The notes below the pieces were generated by a model, which saw only the letters and a program-made list of their open reading frames with translations, searched no databases and was not told where the DNA came from. Shown piece after piece: positions 36,096 to 48,200 of a DNA stretch of 64,000 nt. The translations under genes and the position numbers were made by a program. The DNA is from Emiliania huxleyi CCMP1516. Its lineage: Eukaryota. Location of the stretch: NCBI RefSeq assembly GCF_000372725.1, contig NW_005201192.1, positions 880,758-944,757 on the forward strand, given 5' to 3'. The first letter of the stretch is position 1. Each line of letters starts with the position of its first letter.

Positions 36096-37650
36096 AAAGA
36101 TTTGGGTTTGGGGCAGGGCGAGTGGGAGAACTTTTCGGCGGTCGTGGAGGTCGTGGAAGTCGTGGAGTGGCGAGTCACGCTCGTGCGGACAGCATCGATG
36201 CCGTCACCGGACGCGGCGGCGAGGCACACGGGCGCCGGCGTGGCGCGTCGGCAGGCCCACCACGAGCGGATGCGCGACGAGCGCGCTCGGGAAGCGGCCG
36301 CGGGCGACGCGGAGCTTCCGCCGGAGGACGACGCGGTCGAGATGGCGAGCGCCGTCCACGTGCTGGACTGCGTGGCGGAGGTGGGCCCGAACTACACCCT
36401 GCTGCGCAGCAAGGAGACGAAGGCGGAAGCGACAGCGCGAGGAAGCCAGGGCGGCGCTCGACGGCCACACTGTCCTGCCCACCGGATCCCGCCTCGAGAT
36501 CTTCTGCGACAGTGAGCGGTGGTACCCTGCGACCGTCATGGCGCGGGAGGAGGACGCGGACGGACGGATCGTGCACACCAGGTCGAGTACGACGGCTACT
36601 CGGATCGGCGGTGGTGGCACATGCTGGACGACGAGCGGTGGCGCGCCGTCCCAGAGCAGGCCGGCGCGGGCGCAGGCGGCGCTGCCGCAGACGGGGATGG
36701 GGATGCGGCGATGGACCGCGCGGACGGCGAGCAGGGCGCCCGTGCCGTGGGCGACGCCGAGGCGGCCGAGGTGCGGCCGGCGCCGCCTCCCGCGCGCCGG
36801 GGTGTGCGGCGCAGCGCGCTGGCGGACGTCCTCGAGGCGGAGGATGACGAGCGGCAGGACGAGGCTGCGCGTGGCGATGAGCAGCCGATGCTAGCGCCCC
36901 ACGGGCCGGCGCTGTCGGTGCAGCTTCGGCGCGTGCGCCTGCGGCTGCGCGAGTTCCTGGCGACGCAGGCCGCGGCGGGGAAGAGCGTGCCGATGCAGCG
37001 GACGGCCCTCGGTCTGCACCCGACGGTGCGGTGGACGATCCGCTTCGGCAAGTGGCTGGCGACGACGCGAATCATCGCGCCGAGGGCGAGCCGGTGGCAC
37101 GCGACCGAGCGGGGCGATGCGCGGGAGGAGGAGCCGACGGTGCGCATGGGTCGCGGCGAGAACACGATCTACGTCGCGCTGCAGCACATGAAGAACCACG
37201 TGTGGCGCGAGATCTGGCCGGCGATGCCGGACGACGCGAGGCAGTACTGGCGGCTGGTGACCAAGCAGGTGATGTCGCTGTACGACGGCGGCGGCGGCGG
37301 GATGAAGGACGCGGCAGGAGCCGCCGGCCGGGCGGCGGGCCGCGAGGCGGCGCGGGAGAGCGCGTCGCACGGGCAGAGTGAGGCGGCGCAGCGGGCGGCG
37401 AGCGAGAGGGCGAGCGCGGTGGCGAGCCGGCGGACGATGGCCGAGCTGCGCGAGGCGACGACGAAGCCGTGCACGAAGCAGCACCTCTTCCAGGTGGGAG
37501 AGTACCAGATGCAGGACACGCAGCTGCTGGAGCCGTTCGAGGTGAACGTGGCCTTCATCATGAACGCCTACTTGTGCTTCGCGCGGCAGACCGGGTGCCG
37601 GCCGGGGATGGCGGTGAACGACGCGGCGGACGGGCCGATTCGGACAGCCA
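36096..37650 (+). mobile_element. Degenerate tyrosine-recombinase-type element fragment carrying a Tudor/chromo-barrel-like domain
   Basis: Frameshifted GSRLEIFCDSERWYPATV..H/QVEYDGYSDRRWWHML (Tudor-knot-like). Later AFIMNAYLCFARQTGCRPG resembles tyrosine recombinase box I (TGxR), and coding character is lost right after it. Intronless, no clear start. Confidence 0.4.
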
Positions 37651-40477
37651 CTGGCGCGCATCTCCCGCTGAGAGAGAGAGAGTGGGACAAAAGCGTCGAA
37701 AATGTCCCAAAAAAGCGTGTCTCGAGTTTGTGCGCTCCGCAGCCAGCGCGGGCTGCCGGGACGCACCGCTCGCGCGTTCTGCACACTCGGTGGACCCCAC
37801 CGAGTGTGCAGAACCAACTGGAGTGGGTAGGCTCGACGCCGTACTCGAGATGTAGCGGACACAAACTCGCCGCCGAGCGTGCCACCGACGGCGTCCCGTC
37901 GGAGGTGATGGAGTGTGAGACCTGAGGCTGCGGAGGTGACGCCTGAGGTACCGGTCCGTGCACAGCGACTCAGCCGGCGACCGCCACGGGCTCAGACGAG
38001 ACCTGTCGACGCGTTCCGGCTCAGCTTCACCGTGGTCCTCGGGCGTCTGTCGACGTCAGGACCACCCATACAGCTCGCGGGTTTGAGGTCGCAAGAGCCA
38101 AGATGGTGGCGTTTGGACATCCCAACCATCACACAAGACAGCCTGTAGGTGATGACGGGACGGCGCAGTGTTTGTGGCACTCGGCAGTAGGCACCCGCGG
38201 CACGGCCCCGCTGTCGGCTAGCCCTGTGGAGCCCTCCCGACGCCGATCCGACGGGGACCTCTCCAGCCCTGTGGGCTGGCGAGCCCTCCGGGGTCGGAGG
38301 GGTGGAAGTGGGAGGGCTCGAGGACGGATCTCTCTCGCTCCGGGAGGGTGGAGGCTGGAGGGGTGCAGGGCGGGAGGGGTGGAGGGGTGGCTGAGCCCTC
38401 TAGCTCTTCCGATATAGCCCTACCCCTCCCGCCGTTTTAGGGCTTGCTGACCCGCTATGCAGCGGATCCTTTTTGCAGACATAGGAATTATAATTCTTCC
38501 CCCAGCGTTCAACGCAGAAGCTCTATCATCGGCGGGACACGCAATTCAAGTTTTCAGTGTCGAAAAATCACTTTCTAGATGTAAACAAGTCGGCTTTCTG
38601 TTTTGGTTTAAAATATTCTACAGAAAACCCACAGGAGATGTGAGTAAAACATTCGGCTTTCGGGTCGCGCTCCTCATCGGACATCTCCCCCCCGCACAGT
38701 GCTGGCGATTTACTGGTATAGCGGCCCCCCACGAGAACAATCAAACACTCTTACGGCCAAAACAATCAAATGGTGGTAAGATTTACCACGACTTCTGAGG
38801 CAAAATCTGACAAAAATCGGAAAAATCGGAAAAATACCCGGTATTTCCCAGGTATACCCGCAAAATACCCGGTATTTTGCCAATTTGGCTGAATTTGCGG
38901 GCCGCAAACCAGCCTCAGACTCGGCTCAGATCCCGAAAAAAAAACTGTTCAGTTTTCAAAGGCAAAACACAACGCTCTGCGGTTGGTGCACCCCTCACAC
39001 TGACACATTCCCCTCATCCCCGACCCTTGGCTGAGCACATCTACCTGCGAGCTAGCATCTCCGCATTTCCTCTTCCAGTCATCCGCCCGCGCCGCGCGCC
39101 ATCACTGGGCGTCTAGTGCAGCCACTGACAGAGCTATTCCGAAGGAGTGGTCGACGCCTCGCCTAGAGTTCGGGTGGACTTGCGCACTGCTTAGCCCTGA
39201 GGGGGGAGTGTGTGTGAGGTGGTGTAATGTTGTCCCGTTTCAGGCGGCAGGTCAGGGGATTAGCCGGGAGGATTCGGCAGCTCAGCCAGGGGCTGAGCGT
39301 CTGCAGGCAGCCTTCCGCCCGCGCTGAAATTCACAGCCCTCCCGGGCCGACGGGGTGCTCCTTGGATCGGGCCCCGCTCCCCGCTTTTCCTGTACCTGGA
39401 CTGTCCGGGTTAGGAGGGTGAGAGTATTGGGTGGGCGAGGGCAGTACATCTGGCGGGTGGCGATTGAGGGACAGCGTGGGTTGATTGGGGGGTAATGGGC
39501 GCGCGGGCGGCGCTTCGTGGTCCTGGGCGAGCAGGGGAAGTGGTTAGGAGTCTTGGGCCCCCCAGAGATGAGGATTGTCGAGATGTCATGCGAGAGCGGT
39601 GGGTGGGCGAAAGTAGCGCGGCTGGAGAGTGGTGTCCGAGGGACAATGGTGAGTTGTCAGTTGGGGCGCGAGACGCGCGGGAATCATACTGTATAGGGTG
39701 CTGATTGTGAGCTGAGTGCATGGGTGTATGGGGTTCAGAAATTTGTGGCGTCGAGGTTTGTGCATTGGTGGCTGGCGTAGCGGTCAGAGGTTCGCATTCG
39801 GGCCGGTTGGCTGCGGGTTCGAGGCCGGGCGGGGGGGGAGGGGGGGGGCACACCTCACCCTCACCCCTCACCATCCTCAAATCCTCGAATCATCGAGATC
39901 ATCGAGAGCGTCGTGAGCGTTGATTCCGTGCTGATTTTTGCGCGCGAGCGTCGCGATTTTTGGTCTGGTTGGTCCGTCGTGGCCGGTGCGCGGGAAACTC
40001 GCCGAAAACCCGCGCAGCCGGCCGATTGTACGACCGAGGTCGCTGAGCCTTGGCGACGCGGCGCGCGTCGCCAAGGAGTTCGTAAAATGTCAGAGTTTTT
40101 TCCGGCTCAGATCCCGAAAAATTGATGATTCCACTCATACCATACCACTCCCTAGGAGAATCAAATAAGTGGTAATACCACTCTCATTTACCAGTAAATC
40201 GCCAGCAGCAGCACTGGCCACTGCCGCCCCGCAAACCCAAACGCGAAACCGCAATTCCCTGTCAGCAGAGACCAGAGTCCAGAGTGCAGAGAGTCCTCCT
40301 ACGCGGGAATGTACGGAAGAGCCACACATACAACAAAAAAAACTCTTGCGACTTGTAGCGGCTTTCGGTTTGATTACAATAATCTACAGACAGAGATAGG
40401 GGCAGCCGCCCTCGAAGTAGACCTCAGATGATCCTCCAACGGGATGGCACACACCACCAGGAGCGTGGCTGCACCAT

Positions 40478-43458
40478 CTACTTGCCCGCCTTGGAGCCCA
40501 TATCGCACTTGTCGGTCATGGTCTGCCCAACCACCTTAGACTTGGTGAGCGACTCGAGCGAGTTGCCCGCTGCAACGTATGCGTCGACCTGCTCGCTGAT
40601 CCAGCTGTAGGTGTACCCCAGTCCCTCCCGCAGCGACACGCTCGGCGCCCAGCCCAGCACCTATCAGGAGTGGGGTGGGGGGGTTGGGGGGTGGGATGGT
40701 GTTTGGTGAATCAGTCACGAAGCTCCCCACAGACGACTAGTTCCATCGGTTGGTTCGCTCCAGAGACAACCACCGCGGAAACGCCCGCCATCATCTGCCA
40801 CNNNNNNNNNNNNNNNNNNNNNNNNNNNNNNNNNNNNNNNNNNNNNNNNNNNNNNNNNNNNNNNNNNNNNNNNNNNNNNNNNNNNNNNNNNNNNNNNNNN
40901 NCCCCTTTTGGTTGGGGTTTCCCCCCCCCCCCCCCCCCGCCCCCCCGCCCGCCCTTTCCGCAGTGCCTCGTGGCTGGTGGCTAGCTCTCCGCAGTGCCTC
41001 GTGGCTGGTGGCTAGCTCTCCGCAGTGCCTCGTGGCGGTGGCTAGCTCTCCGCAGTGCCTCGTGGCTGGTGGCTAGCTCGCCTGCTTGATGAGCGTGTTG
41101 TCCGAGTTGCGGCCACGAACGCCCTCGGGGCCCGGGATATGGTTGATCGGCAGCTTCTTGTTGCCGATCTCCATGACCATCTCGGCCATCTCGTTCATGG
41201 AGACCTGGCGGAGACGAGGAGGGGCCTCAGCCGAACCCAAAGCTACAAGTTCCAAGGGCGGCGTGGCGAGGCCTATGACTAGCCGCTACCAGGGGCTCTG
41301 GGAAGGGGCCCGGTGGGTGCTCGGGCTCTGGGAAGGGGGGTCGGACCTGCTCGTCCGAGCCAATGTTGAGCGGCTTCTTGTAGTCGGACACCATCAGCCG
41401 GATGATGCCCTCGACGGCGTCGTCAATGTAGCAGAAGGAGCGCGTCTGCTTCCCGTTGCCCCACATCTCGAACTCGCTCGTCGCTGTGATGCCCTGCGCG
41501 GAGCGGACGCTCAAAGATGTGTGCGGCCACACAAACCATGCGGCGGCCGAGCAAAGGGGGGGGGGGGGGGGCGACACCTTGCGGCAAAATGCGGCGGGCG
41601 CCTTTTCGCGCCCTCCCTTCCAAGTGCCGAACGGGCCGTAGATGTTGTGGAAGCGGCCGATGCGCGCCTGCACGCGCGGCGCAGCGAGGGGGCGTGGGGC
41701 CGAGCGGCGGGGCGTGCAAGGGTCGGGCGGCGCGTGCCTCCAAACTGTCTAGGAAGTGTCTAGGAAGTGTCTAGGAAGTGTCTCGCCTCCATGCCAAAGT
41801 CGGTGTCATAGTGCATGAGCAGCTCCTCGGTCATCAGCTTCTCGAGGCCGTAGGCGTCCTGCAGACAGCGTGCGGCACGCCGTGCTCGTGCTGTGGGTGG
41901 GCGGGGCGTGGAGGCGAGCGAGGCGTGTCGCGGGCTCTCCACACAAGAAGATCGTCACGGGGCGGCGGCGGCGGCGGCGGCAGCCGCGACGGAGTGGCAA
42001 GCTGGTGGCTGCGAGGCAGGAGGCGGGGCGGTCTCGCGGGCACTGGCGCTGGGAGGTGATGCGTGGTGGGAGGTGTCCGCATCCCGACGAGCCTGCGGCT
42101 GCGCGGGCCACGCGTCGTCCTCCTTGAGCCCGCTCGCGCCTGAGGCCGAGTGCAGCGGCGGGCGTCAGCCGGCAGGAGCAGGAGGGGGCGCGCCTTGTGA
42201 GGCGCTCGCGCGACGTCCGTGGATGCGCCAGCGGAGGGGGCAGGAGGTGGCTGTGGAGGTTGACACGGCAGCAAGTGCAGAGGCAGTTGCAGGGGGGGAA
42301 AGCTTGGTGTGCACCGGCAGAGTGGCAAGTGGTTGCTACACGCGGCGGGGCAAGCACGCTGCGCCGGACCAGCGAGGTCTGGTCAGAGGTGGCCGTCTGG
42401 GGAGTACCGCAGGTGAGTACCGTCTTGTGTGCGACGGCAGCGTCGTTGCCGTGTCTATGCGGTGTGTGTCGCGCCGTCGAGGTCCTCGGTGAGCTGCTTG
42501 TGCTCCGGGTAGATGCAGGCCGAGGACGCATACCAGAAGCGCTTGACGCCCGCGACACGCGCCGCCTCGGCAACCTGTCACGGGCCGCCGGCGCGGGGAT
42601 TGGTGCTGCAGCGCGCACGTCGTGCAGAGGTCGGACAGGGCGCTGCGCGCGTGTGGTGACGGTGAAGGCGGTGGCGATTGTGACAGCCTGGCGTCTGGTC
42701 GGGTGTGGCCGGCGTCCCCAGCATGGTGGCGAAGGGGGTGGGGATGGGATGGGGGGGAGGCAACGGTGACAGGGGTGGCGGAGGGTGGCGCATGACGCAC
42801 GTTGAAGCTGATCATGGTCGAGTTGTACAGGATGCGCGAGTGGTTCGACTGGATGAAGCCCATGCCGCCCATGTCCGCCTGTACCCACGCCGGCAGCTAA
42901 GGCTACCGCTGCAGTCCGCACGCTCCTGTTGCGGTGAGCGGGGCGCGCACCGCGAGGTTGAAGACCCAGTCCATGCCCTCGCACGCGGGCTTGCAGTTCT
43001 CAGCTAGCCGCAGGTCAAGGTTGAGGAACTCGTCACAGAAGGTGCCCTCCTTCATGTACTCGTTCTCCTTCCAGTCGACCGCGCGGATCCAGTGGCCCTC
43101 CTCCTTGAGGCGCTTCGCGAGGTGCGACGCGATGAAGCCGCCCGCGCCAGTCACGCAAATCTTGAGCTTGGGGAAGTCCTTGGTGAACTTCTTCTCGGAG
43201 ACGGGAGGGAGCACCATCCTGTGCGGACGGGGACGGGGACGTCGGCGGGGAAGACGGGCGCGGCGGCAGTGGGGCGGCGGGGTCACGGTGGGGACGGCAG
43301 ACGTCGGAGTCGGCGTCTACACAGGGGGCGGCGGCCTTCCGCGCGGAAATTCAAGGGCAGCAAGAGGCCGCGGCGGCGTGGGCGGCGGAAGAAGGCGGCG
43401 GAAAGGCGAGCGTTTGCATGCCACAGAAGGTGTTGAGAAGGTCGGCTGTCGCGACCAT
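40478..43458 (-). CDS. GME: GDP-D-mannose 3',5'-epimerase, multi-exon
   Basis: KICVTGAGGFIASHLAKRLKEEGH, WVFNLA/ADMGGMGFIQSNHS, YASSACIYPE, QDAYGLEKLMTEEL, RIGRFHNIYGPFGTWKGGREKAPAAFCRK, EMWGNGKQTRSFCYIDD, PLNIGSDE, HIPGPEGVRGRNSDN. Start at 43458, or the internal Met at ~43217. Confidence 0.95.
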
Positions 43459-44069
43459 CTCGAGAAGGTGCGAGTGGGCGGTCAAATCGGGAGGTGTGGC
43501 CGGCTTCTACTAGCACAGCAGAATAAGGGTGCCTTCAGAGCAAAGGTAGCGGGACGTGGGTGGTGAGCTCCGTTTGGGAAGTCTCCTCGGGCGAAAAGAA
43601 AAAGGGCGTATTTTTAAAGGTTGCCCGGCCGGGTTGCTGCGCAAATCTCGCGCTGCGCTAGGCTCAGAGCGAGTTCGCGCTGCGCTAGGCTCAGACGGCG
43701 TGCGTGCGCGGGCCGCCGGGGTGACGGCGGGTGTGAGGAGGAGGACCCCACCTCCTTCGGGCTCGGCAGCTTGTCGGGCTCTACCACTACCACTACCTCA
43801 GCCCTCAGCCGAAGCTGGGGCCGGTCCCGTAGGCCGTCCGCAGCCGAGAGAGCCCCCGCCGCCCGCGTCCCGTGTCCCGATGAATTCGACGGCGGCAGGA
43901 CGGCGGACGGGCGCGGGCGGCGTTACCGTTAGGCTGTATAAGGTTTTCCTCTCGCACCCCGTCTGTTTTCCTTTCCTTTTTTCTCTACAACACCCTCTCT
44001 TTTCCTCTCTCTTTTCCCGGGAAAACTCCGTGGAAATCGTCAAATTTTGGGCTCCACGCCGAGTGCGTG

Positions 44070-44746
44070 CGCGTCCTCGAGGAGCGTGCGGTGGCCGAGG
44101 CGGCGGCCGAGAAGGCGGCGAAAGAGGCGGCGTGGGCTGCGGGGGCGGCGGAGAGGGAGGCGCAGAGGGCGGCGGAAGAGAAGGAGGCGGCGCGGCACGC
44201 CGAGGAACTGCTGGCGGAGGTCGAGGCGGAGAAGCGCGCCAAGGGCAAGAAGGGCAAGAACAAGAAGAAGAAGGGCGGCGGGAGCGGCGGCGCTGGGCCG
44301 TCGCAGCCGCAGCCAAGCCCGCGCCGTTGGACAGGGAGGGGCTGCTCCGGCTTCTCGCGGAGCTCCACGAGGACAGGATCCGGTTCGGCATCACGCCGGA
44401 GACGTCGGTCGCGGGGCTGGCAGAGGCGCTGGGAGAGACCGAGGCGGCGGGCGAGGCGAGCGAGGAGGAGGGCGACGAGGAGACGGCGGAGGCGGCCGAG
44501 GAGGAGGGCGAGGAGGGGGGCGAGGAAGAGGGCGAGGAGGAGGGCGAGGAGGCGGCAGCGGAGGCGCGCCGGCAGGCTGCGGCGGAGGCTGCAGCTGTGG
44601 CAGCGGCAGAGGAGGAGGAGGCTGCCGCAGCGGAGGAGGAGGCGGAGGAGGCGGCAGTCGCGGCGGCAGAGGCGGCGCTCGCCGCAGCCAAGGCGAGGCG
44701 CGCGTCAGGTGCCGCTGCGAGGGCCAGGGCGCGGGAGGTGGCCTAG
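44070..44746 (+). pseudogene. Start-less, frameshifted Glu/Ala/Lys-rich coiled-coil gene fragment
   Basis: ..AARHAEELLAEVEAEKRAKGKKGKNKKKK in one frame; LDREGLLRLLAELHEDRIRFG..EEEGEE..-stop in another. No ATG or clear splice acceptor upstream. Confidence 0.35.
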
Positions 44747-45295
44747 CCCGCGCGCAAGGACAGCTGGGCGCAGTGGCAGCCATGGGGAAGGGTCTCTCGT
44801 ACTCTGGGGTGCGTTCTCTGTGAACGATCGTGGCTGTGGGCTGGGCCCCGCGCCGCGCGGGTGCGCGTGCGGTCCCTCGAGGTCCCGCCGGGAGCTGCTC
44901 ACACAGCGGTACGTAGGGTGGGTGGTGGCGCGAGAAAGTCGCATAGAGTGCGAGCATCTCTCAGACAGCGCAGAGTGTGGGCTGGACAGCCTTTTGACAG
45001 AGCAATCGCGTGGGCTCCGGGCTTCGCGCCGGTGTGGGGACGCGACATTTCTTACTTACTCCGAAAAGAGGGGCGGGGCCTACCTACCGATCTACGAAAG
45101 AAATACATGTATGCAACAAAGAGACAGCACAGGTGGAATGCGTGGGCGTGTTCGAGAAGACACGGTGCGGCTCGGACGCTAGCTTGCTGCTTGCCCGCCG
45201 TTCCAACCCTGCAGCCTGCACCCTGCTCCCTGGTGCCCGGCTGTGTGTAGCAGTGTACAATCCGCAGGGCGGGGCACGATGCACACGCCCGGCGC

Positions 45296-48200
45296 TCATT
45301 CGAAGAGGTCCTCGAGCGTGGGGTTGCATCTGACAAAGTGGCGGAACTCCTCGGCCGTCTTGCGCCACACCGCCAGGGCGGCGCTCGCGCGCTCGCTCTT
45401 GCCGCCCGCCGCAAGGATCTCGAGCGTCTCCGAGGCGGCAGCCAGGCGCGAGGCGCACACCTGCAGCGCGTTCCCCTTGGCGGTGTGAGCGATTCCCATG
45501 ACGCTCTGCGTGCCGGCCTCGTCCCAAGGCGCCCCCTCCGCCTCGACCATGCTTTCCATGCCCCTGCCCAGGGAGAGGTCCATCTGAACCACCAGCGCGG
45601 CCGCGGTGTCCTTCGGGATGCCAATCACCGCCACAAAGTCGCGCGCGTTGAAGACCGAGTCGGGCAGCGCGGCGAGCATCTCCGCCTCCGTCTCACAAGC
45701 CGCCCCGCTCGCAGCCCCGCTCGCTGACACGCTCGCAGAGCCAGAGGCGAGCGTGGAGGAGCCCGCGGCGGGCGCGGCGGGCGCGGCGGCCAGGCCGGTG
45801 GCGGGTGCGCGCGCGGCTGCGCCGCGGCCGACGGCCTCGGAGAGGGTGGCTGGCACGCCTCGCGGGGCCTCGGAGAGGGTGGCTGGCACGACCCGCGGGG
45901 GCGAGGCGGGCGGCGGCGCGGCTCCCGCGGCGGGCAGCGCCGCAAACACCTCCTCGCATATCCGGGAGAAAGCGAGCGGGTAGACGGGCTTGGCGAGGAT
46001 TCCGTCGAAGCCGTCCACACGGAGCTGCTTGCTCATCGCGGCGTTCGTGTCCCCGCTCATCGCATACGCGCGCAGCCGCGGCCGCGCGTGGCCTCGCTCC
46101 CACTCGCGGTACCTGCGCGCGCCTCGAGCCGGGCGTCAGGGGAGCCCGCGGGGAGGGTGAGCGGGGCAGCAGCTCCCGCGGGCGGCGCCTCCGGATCGCC
46201 TCGTCGCCGCGCATGAGGGGCATGTTGATGTCGACGAAGGCGACGTCGATCTCGTGCGAGTGGGCGCGCAGCAGCTGTAGCGCCGCCTCCCCGTCGGCGG
46301 CGGTGTGCGAGATGGTGTGCCCGAAGTAGGCGATCACCTCCGACACGCTCTTCAGCAGCAGCTCGGAGTCGTCGACAAGCATCACGCGCAAGCGGCGCCC
46401 CGCCGCCGGCGGGCTCACCTCGAGCGACTCGGACGAGCCGCGCGAGCCGGAGCAGGTCGAGCCGCCCCGCTGCATCCGCACGGAGAAGGAGCAGCTCGTG
46501 CCGCAGCCGAGGCCCTCGCTGCGCAGCTCGAGCTTGCCGCCGAGCTCGGCCACCGCCTGCTCACAGCTGCAGCCGTCAGGACGCGCCGTCCCCGCGCCGC
46601 CCGCCCGCCGCTCCCCGGGCGACCGCCTTCGCGGCGATGGCGAGCCCGAGCCCCATCCCGCCGCCCTCCGCCGTCGAGGAGCGCGAGTACGGGTGCGTGG
46701 CGCGCTGCAGCTCCTCGGCCTCCATCCCTGCGGGGCGGCGGAGACGGGCGGCGGGGGTTGGCTCGGGAGGGCGCCGCTGCGCCGGCCGGTTGGAGCCGAG
46801 CTTGCGCGCCCCGGCCGGTGTCTGCGACCTCGAAGTGCGCCTCGCACAGCCCTCCGACGGGAGGCGGCTCGCTGAGCAGCTTGACCGAGATCGTGACCGA
46901 GCCTGCTCGCAAGCGGGGGCGTGTGTGAGGGGCGCTTCTCCACACAAGCCCCCGCCCAGGACGCCGCCCGCGCCCGAGGTGGTGAACTTGATCGCGTTTG
47001 TGAGGAGGTTGAGCAGGGCGCGCATCAGCCGCGAGGCGTCGACCCGCACCTACCAGAAGGTCCCTGGAAGGCTCACGGAAGGCTCCTAGCGACCGCCGCG
47101 AGGTGGTGTGATGGTGTGATGGTGTGATGGTGTGATGTGTGGTGGTGTGATGGAGGGGGGATGGTGTGATGGACGTTGCGAGCCGCACACATGCGGCAGG
47201 CGAGGGTCGAATAGGAAGTGTCTAGGAAGTGTCTAGGAAGTTGCGAGGCACACATGCGGCAGGCGGGGGTCGAATAGGAAGTGTCTAGGAAGTGTCTAGG
47301 AAGTTGCGAGGCACACATGCGGCAGGCGAGGGTCGAATAGGAAGTGTCTAGGAAGTAGGAAGTGTCTAGGAAGTTGCGAGGCACACATGCGGCAGGCGGG
47401 GGTCGAATAGGAAGTGTCTAGGAAGTGTCTAGGAAGTTGCGAGGCACACATGCGGCAGGCGGGGGTCGAAGCACGACTTGAGCTTGACCTCCGCCTTTGC
47501 GGTCGGCGAGGCGAGCAGCAGCCCGACGGTGCGCTCGATCTCTGTGACCAGGTCCACCTCCTCCTCGGCGAAGGAGGGCATCAGCAGCGCCTCGTTGCCT
47601 CCGCCCGCCTGCTGCTTGCCCTCGCCCGCCTGGCCGAGCTCCCACATGTCTGGGAAGTGTCTGGGAGGTGTCTGGGAAGTGTCCGCCCGCCTGGCCGAGC
47701 TCCCACATGTCTGGGAAGTGTCTGGGAGGTGTCTGGGAAGTGTCCGCCCGCCTGGCCGAGCTCCCACATGTCTGGGAGGTGTCTAGGAGGTGTCTGGGAA
47801 GTGTCCGCCCGCCTGGTCGAGCTCCCACATGTCTGGGAGGTGTCTAGGAGGTGTCTGGGAAGTGTCCGCCCGCCTGGTCGAGCTCCCACATGTCTGGGAG
47901 GTGTCTGGGAGGTGTCTGGGAAGTGTCCGCCCGCCTGGTCGAGCTCCCACATGTTGGAGACGACCTGCGTGGCGGGGACGCGCGGGGGTGGGTGGGGGGG
48001 GGGGGGGCGACACGCGCACAGCGGCGGGTGGGGGCGAAGCGATACGCAACCACCGCCGCCGCCGCCGCCGCCGCCGCCACCGCCGTGTGGGGGGAGAGGC
48101 GCACCAGGGAGAGCATGTGCGTGCAGGACTGCGCGATCTGGACGTGCTCGAGCAGGGACTGGGCGCGGGACTCGGCTGCAGACTTCTCCTCGGAGGCGCC

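Noticed and set aside
37660..40130. AT-richer non-coding block with a 19-bp direct repeat (CGGCTCAGATCCCGAAAAA at ~38922 and ~40103) and small hairpins
   Set aside because: Probably nested repeat remnants, but I could not define termini, a TSD or an ORF.
40958..41078. 31-bp x4 tandem repeat in a GME intron
   Set aside because: Ordinary intronic minisatellite beside a gap.
47180..47950. Regularly spaced repeats resembling a CRISPR array
   Set aside because: The spacers are themselves repeats of one another, the units copy exon ends, the context is eukaryotic and no cas genes are present.
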